From contig NW_003314292.1 in the NCBI RefSeq assembly GCF_000143415.4, positions 471,538-535,537 on the forward strand: a DNA stretch of 64,000 nucleotides, read 5' to 3'. Below the pieces are notes generated by a model that was not told the origin of the DNA, did no database searches, and was given only the letters and a program-made list of their open reading frames with translations. Every line of letters starts with the position of its first letter. Within the stretch, counting starts at the first letter, position 1. Source of the DNA: Selaginella moellendorffii (Eukaryota; Plantae; Lycopodiophyta). This document shows, in pieces, positions 23,939-35,500 of this stretch. The position numbers and the translations under genes were made by a program.

Positions 23939-24928
23939 ATGGCAAAGTCATGGGCATTGCAATTGCCATCATTGTCACTAGTTCCAAAGATTCAGCCGAG
24001 AAGGACTCCCTTATGCCGGTCACACAAGGTAACTATTTGTTCGTCTCTGCTGGAAGAAACATCAGAGTCTTCGAGGATTCGAGCCAGAGGCCTAGAAGAT
24101 GAGAAGGCCGGGCTGTGCGCCACACTCCTCGGGCTACATGCTCCTTTGCTACTTTTTCAATCGGACATAGCCATGGCAGCGGAAGAAGCAGGTCCTGGCT
24201 ACTCGGCCGCGAGTTATTACACTTCGCTGGGATTGTTCGTGCTCGCATTGCCGGGTCTCTGGTCGCTCATCAAACGCTCGGCAAAATCTAAGGTACTGTT
24301 TTGAGTATCTGAAAACTAAATAATCTCTTTTCACCTTTCAGATAGTCCGGAAGACTTACGTAGTTCCTGGCCCATCTCAAGAGAGTGGCAAAGCACCAAA
24401 ACAAATTGCTGGTGAAATCTCATCGTTTTTCACCAGAAACAACTTCACCATTGTCGACAGCGGTGAAGTAGTCAGGTAAACGTTTGTTTCTGCTTTCCAG
24501 CAATTCCCGTCATTTTGTTTCCGTGTTCTAGATTCGAAGGACTGATGGTTCCAAGCCGGGGCCAAGCTGCTTTCATCATCTTTTGCACGTTTTTGAGCTT
24601 AGCTAGCGCAGCTTTGGTACTCACGATCACAGTTCCAGTGGTAGGAGACAAGTGGTATTGGCTCACGGCTTTCAGTCCCCTCGCGTAAGTTTGTCACAGA
24701 TTTCTTAAGTTTCTCGTTAGAGGTCACTCATGAAACTGATGCAGTGGCGCTTACTATTGGACGAATGCATCTCGAAAAGAGGAAATCCAAGTAAAGCTCG
24801 TGGTGGCCGACGATGAGTCTTCCACAGATGTATTGGTTCAAGGCGATGACGAGCAAATCGAGCAGCTTCGTAGGGAGCTGGGATTCATGGAGAAAGGCAT
24901 GGTTTATGTGAAAGGCATTTTGCAATGA
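23939..24928 (+). CDS. CCB1: Cofactor assembly of complex C subunit B 1 (cytochrome b6 heme ci biogenesis), chloroplast-targeted, 4 exons
   Basis: Transit-peptide-like N-terminus; YSAASYYTSLGLFVLALPGLWSLIKRSAKSK|IVRKTY...FFTRNNF...|FEGLMVPSRGQAAF...|GAYYWTNASRKEEI...GDDEQIEQLRRELGFMEKGMVYVKGILQ*. Confidence 0.9.
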
Positions 24929-25178
24929 GGTAACTTCGGATACATAGCGAGCTCGTCGAACTTACAATACAATAAAGGGAAGACTTACAGCTCTTTCTCT
25001 TTCTTTTTTTTTTTTTCCCTGTTGAGGGCAGAGAGAATTCCTGTGATGAAACAGGAAGCAAATTTACAGTGCGGCTGCCGAGAAGATGGTTACCAAAACT
25101 GATTGTGGAGAAACAATCTTACAGTGGTGGCCGACTTTCGTTGCTACGTTGGCCCCCTCAAGTAAAGTTTTTGGTTTT

Positions 25179-25868
25179 TTACTGTGCTTGTTCTAGTCCA
25201 GCAGTGGAGCCATTGTTCTTTATGTTCTTCAAAATCTGCGATTAATTTGGAAGCTTTGATTCAATGTAGGAACAAAAAAACTTTCGCTTTTTTCACCTGT
25301 CGCAGCATGAATGTTTCCTTTTGTAACGTGTTTACCCGTTCCTCTAGCTCCGCATTCCTGAGCTCCAAATCCCGGGCTTTTGCTTCGAGCTCAACAACGT
25401 AAGCCTTTTTTCTCTCCCTGGCTTGTTGTGCCGAGACTCGATTGCGTAAAAGTCTGCACAAAGAAAAGCTTTGTTTCAAGTTAGAGAAAAGAAACAAACT
25501 GTCAAAGAAGCCGAGCTTAGAACTACGAGTGAAAGATGGGAGTACCTTTTCAATCGCTTGTGTTCTTTGTCAGCAGGAACAGCACCCCTCTTGCGAGAAT
25601 TGGATGCTGCCGTGTCTTGCTCTGGCAACGCAGTCACGATTTTACCTCCAGGTAAGTCGGGAACCTTTCTTACTTCCGAGTCACTCTCATTTCCTGCCCA
25701 ATCCTCTACTCAATGCAAGAGCTAAAACGAAGAGCGAAAGAAGAGAAACGAAAGGAAGAAACAAAAACAAAAGAACTTACCGTCCACTTTCATCTCGGCG
25801 TTGGGAAGAGCCATCAAATCGCTGAATTGCTTGTGCATTGTCGGCGACGCTGATGCCGCTGCTTGCAT
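25179..25868 (-). CDS. HY5: bZIP transcription factor HY5/HYH, 4 exons
   Basis: COP1-binding VP motif [12 protein letters not shown]; ADKEHKRLK|[19 protein letters not shown]...[17 protein letters not shown]|ILKN. Confidence 0.92.
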
Positions 25869-27645
25869 CCTGGAACAAATCTGGAGCTGGCTGGAGGCAG
25901 AGAGAGAGAGAGAGGAACTTCTAGCAATCGTTCCTGCCCGCCCGCCCGCCCGTCCAAGAAAACCAAGAAAAAAAAAAACCAAGCGAAATGAGGCTCGACA
26001 TCTCCCGTTTCGCTCGTCGCGTACCTCAGAATCATCGCGTCGATTGCTATGGATGCGTCCTCTCGTCGCGATTGGGGCAATGCCGAGCTGTGGAAGCGAG
26101 AAACACCAGCACCAAGAAAACTCCTCCACTCTAGGGTTCCTGACGCCAGCCCGTCCGGCACGTCACAAACAGGTCAGATTTGACGGGCATCAAAACGGCA
26201 TCCGACACGCAACCGTTAAAATTGACGGCTAGAAACGTGCCGCGTGGCAAATATTAGTTATTTTAATCTGAAAATCATGAAAAAGAAGAGTTTGAAATAT
26301 TGATTATAAACAATTTAAAAATCCAGAAAGGTGGAATATGGATGTGTGATGATAGAATTCCTCAGTCGGAGCTAGAGACTGTGCAGTAATAGGCTAAGTA
26401 TCCATGGTTCAATCAAGGATGGCGATGATCCCTTTAAAGAATCTCTCATAGTTGATTCATTAATCTAAAATTTTAATCTTATGGCCAATGGAAACCAGGG
26501 AAACTTCATTATTTCTACTCTCGACTCTCTCGACTCCAGCAAGTTCTCCCGTCGGTGTGCCGCGTCGGCTATGGAGGAGGAATGACGAATCACGCCTTCT
26601 GTAAGATCCTCCCCGGAGCTACCGTGGCTATACTTGGTTACTAGGGTTTGCGGGCCCGCGGGCATGGATCTGGTGGTGACGCCTCTTTGATGCAGCTGCT
26701 AACATCACTACCATTATAGGCAGACATAAAAAAAACCATCGCTCAATTCAGTCTGGCACCCTTGTTAGTAAGCCCTTTAAAAAATATAGCCTCTGCGACA
26801 ATGACAGCAACGCTCGGAGAAGCCATCCTGTTTTCTTTTTCGACCTTTGTGCTGATTCCCTAAGCTTGCGAGCTTCCTTTTGTGACTCCATCTCCCACAT
26901 ACATTGTTAATAACCTAATATGATGCCTTTTCCCAAAATCTTTATATATTGAAATTGTAAACTAAATATAGATATTAATATTTTCCATGTTCACACCCTT
27001 CGAAATAGGCCAAGAATGCTAATTTGCTGCCTGCTGGCACAAAACCATGAGATTGAGGAAACCCAAACCTATGCAAAAGCTTCTGGATTCTTTTAGTGTG
27101 TTTTAGAACATCTCTTCCAACTTTTCTCGCGTCCTTTATCTGTCAAGAAACAAGAAAATCGAAATCGCTCAGGAACTTAAAAAGCCACTAGTTTTAAAGC
27201 TGAGCGTCTCACCTCTCTAGCGCACGCATACCTCTGCATATACGAGTTTTCTCTAAGCCAGCGTAAGTTGGAGCTGTCTTTCTGGTGCTTATTAGTTTTC
27301 CAGTTGTCTGAAAGGAGGAAACAGACCTCTCCCTTCAGAAACTCCATCAGATCGTGGAGTTTATGGTGGGAGCTTGGACATGGTGCAGTGACATCGCCCG
27401 ATCAAGACCGAAGATCCGCGTTCTGAAGAATCCATCTGTAGATTGAAAGGAGATATTTCTTTCCTGCTCACCTGGAGGAAGAGGATGAGGCTGATAGCTC
27501 GTCAGTCTAGACCAGGCCAGGAAAGAAAACGAAGCAACTAGAACAAAAACCAGGGAAATGACTTTGGTGATTATAAGATGTGAGCTCTTCCCGTTGAAGC
27601 ATTGTTAATTCCATTACGTTGAATAGAATGATTTGCCAAATAAAT

Positions 27646-27713
27646 GACAGCTTGGCCGCGTTGGATTTAGGCTCCAATCCTCAAGGGCGTGGGTTCAAAT
27701 CCCACAGTTGTCA
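27646..27713 (+). tRNA. tRNA-Leu(UAG)-derived gene lacking the D-loop (probable pseudogene)
   Basis: Acceptor stem GACAGCT/AGTTGTC+A; anticodon arm TTGGA-TTTAGGC-TCCAA; long variable arm; T arm GTGGG-TTCAAAT-CCCAC. About 12-13 nt of D-loop/A-box are missing after TGGCC. Confidence 0.8.
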
Positions 27714-30700
27714 TGAACTTTCTAAATGTTTCATGGGTATTTTTCTGGCTTGGATGCGTCAAGCCGCCTCCAAGCAAATTTGTTTGACCAAATGTGCGTG
27801 ATCCAAAAAGCTTCCGAATATTCAGTTGAATACGAAACGCCATATCATGTACACCTATGCTGAAGTTGGTGATGCCTTGAAGCAATCCTATGGAAAGAAT
27901 ATTTTCTCTGCTGACTGCTTTGTAGATTCTCTTTCTTGCGCATGAGAACCGGCTGGAAGATCTCAAAGTGCCAGGCTGAGCTCCACGATCTGAGGAGAAG
28001 CAGCTTGGCTGGAACTTGGATCATCCTCCACATCCGGCAAATGTCTCAAGGCAAATAGCCGGTATCACGGATCAACTTGCAAGGCTGAAAGAACACCTTG
28101 AATACGGTGGGTATGTAGTGAAGTCTCCTCTTTGTCGTCACAGATGTTGCTCCACAACAAAGGGAGGTTTTCCAGACATTTACGAAAGTTCTCTTTTGAT
28201 TTTGATTCTCTTTTTTTTAATCCAGAGACAAGACAGTGCCCCCTCAGTGAAATAGTGAAGAAAATTCTTTGTTGGGAAATTACGACCTTACGACCTTTTG
28301 ATGATAAGCTTCTTGTATGTGGCAATACTCTTGGCCAAGCAATCTACTACAGATTATTGATGATGTTTTCAGAATGCAAAAAGCTTGGAGTGGAGTTGGT
28401 GATCTACCAAACCTCTTTTGCTGAAAATTGTCCACCAATACATCAATTGAAACCTTCTCAAATAGTAACAGTGATTCAGCCTAATCCTATGCTGAAACAA
28501 AAGGAATTGATAATGAGCCACTCCAAAGTTCTCAATCCAGTAAGAGAAAGATCATGATTGGGATATCATTTAATACCCTCGCTATATTTATACCATGCAT
28601 GATTGGATATTCCAAAGCATCTTGTATTTCCAAAAATGCCAGATGTTCAGCTAAATAAAGAATGGTAATTGAAATAACTGTCAAAACACTCAAGGTGCTC
28701 ATGTGTGTCATTTGAGGAATCTCCATAGCATGGTGGAAATATCTATTTAGGGAGGTTCACTTGGAGCTACAGAGAGCCTGAAAATTATAGGCTATAAAGC
28801 TAATGTCTTACAAAACTAACCAATGCACCTTGAACACTCCAAGGAAGGAAATCCTAGTGTATAGATCCTTCCTTCTGTAAGAGTCGAAGTTTCAGATTGA
28901 AGAAAAGCTGCGTTCTCTCTATCAAAGCAGGATCCACAGCCATGGCTTTTACACAACGATGGCCACTGGAGGCAGCACTGATGACTTTGTGCTGTAAGTA
29001 CCGAGCTTGGAACATGAAATCCTGGATTAAAGTTCTTCCACTCAAAATCTTTTGCCACTGATGCTGCAGGTACTGTTTCACCTATTGGAAAGTGCAACAC
29101 ATCAATACCGAACAAGAAAATGACTACTATATCATATGTTTCAAACAATAGCCTAGAGTCTTGGCATCTCACTGTTTCAATCCCAAGTAGGAGTTTCTTG
29201 AGTGGGAGATTCGTAGCCATATCCCATATAATGCTCACTTTTTCCATCTTCGGGGCCATGGGAGGAGGATTTACTACATGATAAAAGGATAGTCTACATT
29301 TGAGTTGAGCTCAATTTAGCTCAAGTCAATGTTAGTCAATGTCAACTATAAGTTTTATAAAGAAATGTTATGTAAAAAAAAATGTTATTGTTTGGTGAAT
29401 TTAAAATTCATGAATTTAATTGTCAATGGTTCAAAGAAATTTCTATCTTTTGAATTTATTCATGGAGAAAATTTCTAATTTCTAACACGACCTATACAAT
29501 AAAATACTGATTGAGTACTTTTCAGAATTAGAAGTTTGTCTGAACCCATAAAAGGTTTTGGGCTTTTTTGGTCCCAAATAAAAATGGGAATATTAAATTT
29601 TGCACGAACTTGAAATTTCTATTAAACATAAAAATATATAAATAATTTAAAACACTAATTCATTCATTCTTTAGAGTTTTACAAAGATGGGAAGCAGAGA
29701 AGACAAAAAATTTATGAGTAGTTATAACATATAGAAATATGAGAATGTTAATTTTATTTCACTATCACAATCTTTATATTACACTTTTGGTTCTTATTAC
29801 TCATCTAGGAATGTAAAAATCATTGTCTTTATTGATAAAAATTCTTTTGTTATTTCTGAAACAATAGTCTAAAACAAGAGAAAAGAAGAAGTGAACAGCA
29901 AATCCACTTTATAAATTTTTCGATAACTTTTGTAATCTATAAAAATATTACAAAGAAAAGTAAGTTTTTTATATATATCCTATTCCTCTTGATAAGTTGT
30001 ATCTTTGCAAGGAGTATAAGTGTGTAGTATATATGATATAAACAAATCAAAAAGCCAAATCTATATATATTTTTAAGATTGAAAGGTAATTTTGTAAAAA
30101 AGCATGTTTGCATGCCTGTGTGCTTTTGCTATTATTATATATGGTAGGCTAGCTATATAAAATAAGGCTACGTACTAATTTTTAGCTTTTGGAACCTTAT
30201 AGCCACTAATAGTAAATTGTAATTACCAAGACTGACAATTATGATTCAATATATTGCTATGTCATAATTAAATGTCATTCTTGAGATTGAAATATAATAT
30301 ATTAATCAAAGAATTTGTATTATTAAAGAGTTTATTTCTTCTTCTGTGTTGCAATGGTTTGGAAGAAGTTTACTTTTGGTCCTAGATGCCTCTAATATAA
30401 GTCTCCACTTTCATTTCTAAGCTCAACAAAAAATCCACTTTCATCTCTATATAATAATTATTTTTTCCATTTGAGGGGTGTTGTGAGGCTTTTTCATTTG
30501 TGACCTCGAGTACAATTGAATACAAATTCCCTTCTTATGATGTTTCTAAAAGAGTTGGATTACTTTCAATGCTCCAAGAGTGATGTTAATATTTTTTTCA
30601 AGATATTGCTTCAGATATGGCAAAAGTGCTTGATGTATATATGTATTATCTTCAATGTCCTATATTTTACTTTTATTTGAACAAAATAGATGGTTGCATA

Positions 30701-31389
30701 GGTTTGGTATATTTTCTTGAGTATTGTCTGAAATGCCTAAAAGTGGGTTTGGAAGGTGTGCATATGTGGATATACAAGAAAATCAAGAAAGAATTAAAGA
30801 TACACAACTATTATGATTTGATCCCAATTAAATTTATTTGTACCGTCTCCAAGCAGAAGCAAGGTAAAATAAATTTGGCTCAAATGCTTGAGTGTGAGAT
30901 TTTCTTCACGAAGTACATCACTATGCTTGTAAAGGAATATATAGTTAAAATAGAAGGTGGAAAGTATACAATTGTCATTCAAGACATTCTATTTTACATA
31001 TATCTAGACTTTATGAAGCACAATATACTTTTTATAAGCATATGTACTACATCTTCATCAATATCTTGCACTAGGATCCTAAAGGGGATATTCATATACA
31101 CCAAACAAACTTTACTATTACTAAATTATAAAAGACTTTTGGAATTAACTAGATTTTTTAAGACTATCAATGTTTATTCTCTATCAATAATATAAACTTA
31201 TTATACTTTATAAAATTAATAAAAAACATTTTTCATTTCATTTTTCATTTTGTGCTCTTTTCACAAGTATTCGTATGTTTCCATTTCTGTCTTTACCATC
31301 TCAAAAAATATTGCATGGTAATCTTTTAGGTCCGTGATGTTATAGTGTGTCGCAAAAGCATATATACTATTATACTAATCATCACCATT

Positions 31390-32539
31390 TGTCGCGAATG
31401 TGACTTCGGGTATCGAAAGTTACCTGTCGGCTAGTCCTTACGGACACTCTTACCTTACTGCCACGATGGCAGGAGGTCGGTATTGCTGGACCCGTTATCA
31501 GTTTCCACCTAAGCTAGTTGAGAAACTGGTCATCACATGTGCACTTAGACCGGAAGGGCACTAAGGAAGGAAATCCTAAGTTGTCATTTAGTCAAGCAGA
31601 CTTGACACGGTGATGAGAAACTCATGATGTTGGCTTGCACTTGCTAGTGTTAGGAACCCCCGCGATATTGAGATTGGTCCCTCAATATCGCTACATGATA
31701 GCTTACCGTGTCTGCCAAACACCCTCGCTATCATGCCCTTAGCGTTAGTCTCAATTCGGTCCCAAATGCTATTTATGGAAAGTGTCCAAATTTGCTCATT
31801 TAGCATATCTACGGAATGTAGAGATCGGCCTGAACACAATGGTGTTCGTCCCGTGTCCAAATTCGCAATCTAAGGACATTCCATATTTAGTAAGTTTCGA
31901 GCTTGTCCCAGAGACTAACTCCTGGTACTAAGGGAGGCTTGGGGTGAAAGCCCAAAGCGTGTGTTCCTCAAGGGGGGGGGGGCTATGGGGGGTTCCAAAT
32001 GTATAGTAGGGATAGTGGGTAGGTCGGGCATGGCCGACCAACCTGAGGCATAGTCTAGCTCCCGCTTGCGTGCCTGTCCTTGTTCTGTGTCCGGCTTGGG
32101 TCTAAGCCCAAGTTCCATTCCATGCTAGCTGGTGGAGTACCCATATCCTCACGTTAGGCCACCGGTATGCTGAAATAGCGCCAAACTTCGTTTGGCTCCG
32201 TTTTGCGTGCTGGTCCTGGCATTGGGATGCTGGTTGCTCTAGGACTGTTCCAAGTCGCTCCGGGCCTCTGTCCCTTCGCTCCTTGGGCTATATGCTCGGG
32301 AGTTGCTCCGTGGTCCGGTTCCACCACTCCTTGGCGTCACGCTTGGGAGTTTGGCACCGTTCCTTCGTTCAGTGGCCCAAGGCCCTGAACCTCGGGTTCC
32401 TAAGGACACGTGGCATGGACACGTGGCATGTGACACGTGGCATCTGTCACGTGGCACAAAGAGGGTTTAGGTTCCCCGTCGTGGTGTTATCCTATGGTAA
32501 ATCACCATAGGATAAAGGGTCAAAACCACGTGCGCTACA
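31390..32539 (+). repeat. LTR1 of family B
   Basis: TGTCGCG...GCTACA, followed by PBS. Confidence 0.93.
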
Positions 32540-35500
32540 TTTGGTATCAGAGAATGAGTCTCAGCGAGTACTATTCAATGAGATTGGGCAACTAGTCTCG
32601 TTGCATACGCAGAGATGAAAACGATGATCTAAGTGGGTACACGTTTTGGTGCAAAGGCTTCGCAATTGGTTCCTTAGGTATGGATATTGTTACCTTATTG
32701 TACCTTATGATGTGAGCTTGCGCTTGGGCTCATAGGATGGTTTGGAGATGTTCCATTTGCACGAGTTTGAGCTTGGGCTCGTGAGTGAGGCGCATGAGCA
32801 ACTCGAGGTTACACTTAGAGTTGGCAGGATTAATATTAGCCTATCGGTGGTTCCATGAGTTGTTCCATGTACCATGGGTGAAAATAAACTTTCCCTGGGT
32901 TTGCTATGAGTGGCAAATAGGCTGGTCCGTAGCTGTTTAGCACGGCACTAGTGGATCCTTCCTAGGCATGATTATAATTGGATCAATCAAGACTGTAGGG
33001 AATAGTCTATTGGTTCAAGTAATCATTGCCGTGCTCTCTCATAAACTTTTCTTGGATTGAACTGAAGGCAGTGCGAAAGCAAGCTTGAGGTTTGGTCAAA
33101 GATGAGACCGAAAAGAGAGTCATCGAGGACGGAGGATCAAATACATAAATCATTTTCTCTTCTTGGAGAGATGATCTGCAACGAGATGTTAACTCATTGC
33201 TTGTGTTCACATCATGCAATCAAGAGTCCCTATCTTGATGCATGTTGGAGATGGTGGTCTTACAATGGTGAGTTGTAGGATGGATAGCGGTGAAGCGCTA
33301 AACCATTTTGTCTAAGCTTGCTATTGGAAGACTTGGGTTGCAATGCTCAATTCTTTTCCAGGGAACCTTGCTATTGCTCCTTGAGTAGCTTGGTGTTGGA
33401 TTAGTGTTGAGTTTGGTCGGAAAGAGAGTGGCATGAGCTTGTCCGTGTTGTGAACAAAAGTTAGTGGTGTTGGGTGTCGTAAACCTCTATTGGTGGAGTG
33501 TGGCATTTATGTTGCATTTTGTCGAATCGAGTTGGCATTTGATATTCACATGAACGTTTGAAGTAATGACATAAGCCTTGCTCATTGCGTTACTCAATTG
33601 ATGATCAAGTCATTGTGATTTATATCATATCCATGTGATAATGAGCAATGTGTTTACGAAGTTGCTTGGGTAAATGATGATCAACCCCAAAGTGGTTGAT
33701 GGAGAAGCTAGTCTACTTGCACGAAGTAGCATTATAGTAGCTTTGACTAGATTCTCAATGGTGGTCCATTATGCTAAGCTTATGTTGGTACCTTGTTTCC
33801 TTGAGGGTTTGCCCATAAGGTGTTAGGAATGGGTTGTAGCATTCATTTGCTATAGCTCATCTGTTGATCCGTTAGCACTTGGAGTAGATTATTGGATGGA
33901 GAAGGTGTGAGGTTGATGCATTGACATCGCTAGCACTTGTGTTAGTGGAAGTGGCATTGTTGATTCGAGTGATGAGGAATTTTCCTTAGAGCTTAATTTT
34001 CCATGTCATTTTTCTTGTTAGTGTTTTGGCTTCACATTGGATCTTGAAGGTGGTTAAAGAAAAGTGTTAGTGCAATGTGGATATCCGATGATGTGGTCTT
34101 TGTGATCAAGCCTTGGATGCTCATTTTGCACTTTGCGGATGTCGGTGTTGGATATCGGAAATATGGGCAAAAAGTTGTTCGATGCTTAAGCATATTATGG
34201 ATCATAAGAATCTGTGTCGAGGTGAACCTATGTGAAGTTGTTAGTAGGAAGAAGTTGGTTGAGTCTTGAAAGTTTGTATTCTTGGACTGAGAGTCATTCT
34301 TTCTCTGGGATGGAAAATTTTCCACAAATTTTCTTAGACTTCTCCAATGGCTGATCTGTTGGTCACTTTGCCGAAAACCATTCCATTTTCGTAAGCCAGT
34401 ACAAACTAATGAAAGGGATGGAGTTGACTTAGGTTAGCTTAGACCTTAGTAGGTAGTTTGTATGATGCGACCCGAAAGGGATGCTGACTTTTGGGGCTAA
34501 GGCAATTGAGTTGGATAGAGTCTGGAGTTGGTAGAAAAGTGGCTGTTGCGCTTTTCTAAGAAAGGTGACCCTTGTGCCTTTCTTTTGTAGCGTTGTGCTT
34601 GGTGACAGTTTGCACCTTGCATTACGTTAGACTCTATGAGAGTAGTGAACTCTCACTGATCTTGACTTGGTCTTGGTGGCCCTGCACCTTGGCTGAGGAT
34701 GGTGATGTCCAACTTAGTTGTTTGAGGTTGAGATGTTGGTACCCGTACTATAGCTTTGTCTATGAGGAGGTTGTGTACCGATATGAGTCCATCTCATGGT
34801 CTTCACTTTAGTTTCGACTGAGTGTTGATCACATAGCTAGCCTCTTCAAGGCATGCTCAGAGCTATTGACTAAATGCATTAGTGAGCTTATTGCGGTTGA
34901 GTTGGATTTGAGTGGTCATTTAGTTTGTGCTTGTCTATGAACTTTTATCTCGTACCTGGGGTATTATGTTCATGTTGGACAAGTATGTAACTCGATGACA
35001 TGAGTTAGTGTTCGGGTCTTGTGAAGGCAAGTTGAAGGGCGATTGTTAGTTGCTTTGCGACTAGTGATTACTTGTAGACTTTGTCAAAAAGACCGTTGAC
35101 ACTTGCTTTGCTCAATGATGATTTAGCAGTGGTGGGCTTGCTTGACCGGATGGTGTTGCGGAGGATCGTGTCATTAGACATACATGGGTTTTCCATGTTG
35201 GCATGTCAATTCCTTTGTCGATATCATTTGGCTACATTTGGTCTATAGTGTTGGATTTCATTGAGTCTTGGGTGGTGATTCACTCTTGCTTTCTTCTAGC
35301 TTTGTTCTGGTGTTGATGGCATTGAAGTGATACCTTGTCATTGATATTATTGATGTTGAGATTCAAGTGAGATGAGATGTCTATCCTTAGGATTGATATT
35401 GAGTTTCATTAGTCTTGATGAAGATAGTGTTGATGATTGGCTGTAGCTTTGTGTTGTTGGCATTCGTGCAATTGCTAGTTAGCAACTGCATTGACATTCA

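Noticed and set aside
26345-26430. tRNA-Tyr-like or C/D snoRNA-like fragments (CTCAGTCGG...GACTGT...GGTTCAATC; GTGATGA)
   Set aside because: No convincing cloverleaf and no terminal CTGA D box.
30617-31195. 192-aa ORF in AT-rich DNA
   Set aside because: The paralogous block at ~51030-51540 has indels and stops, and the composition is non-coding or TE-like.
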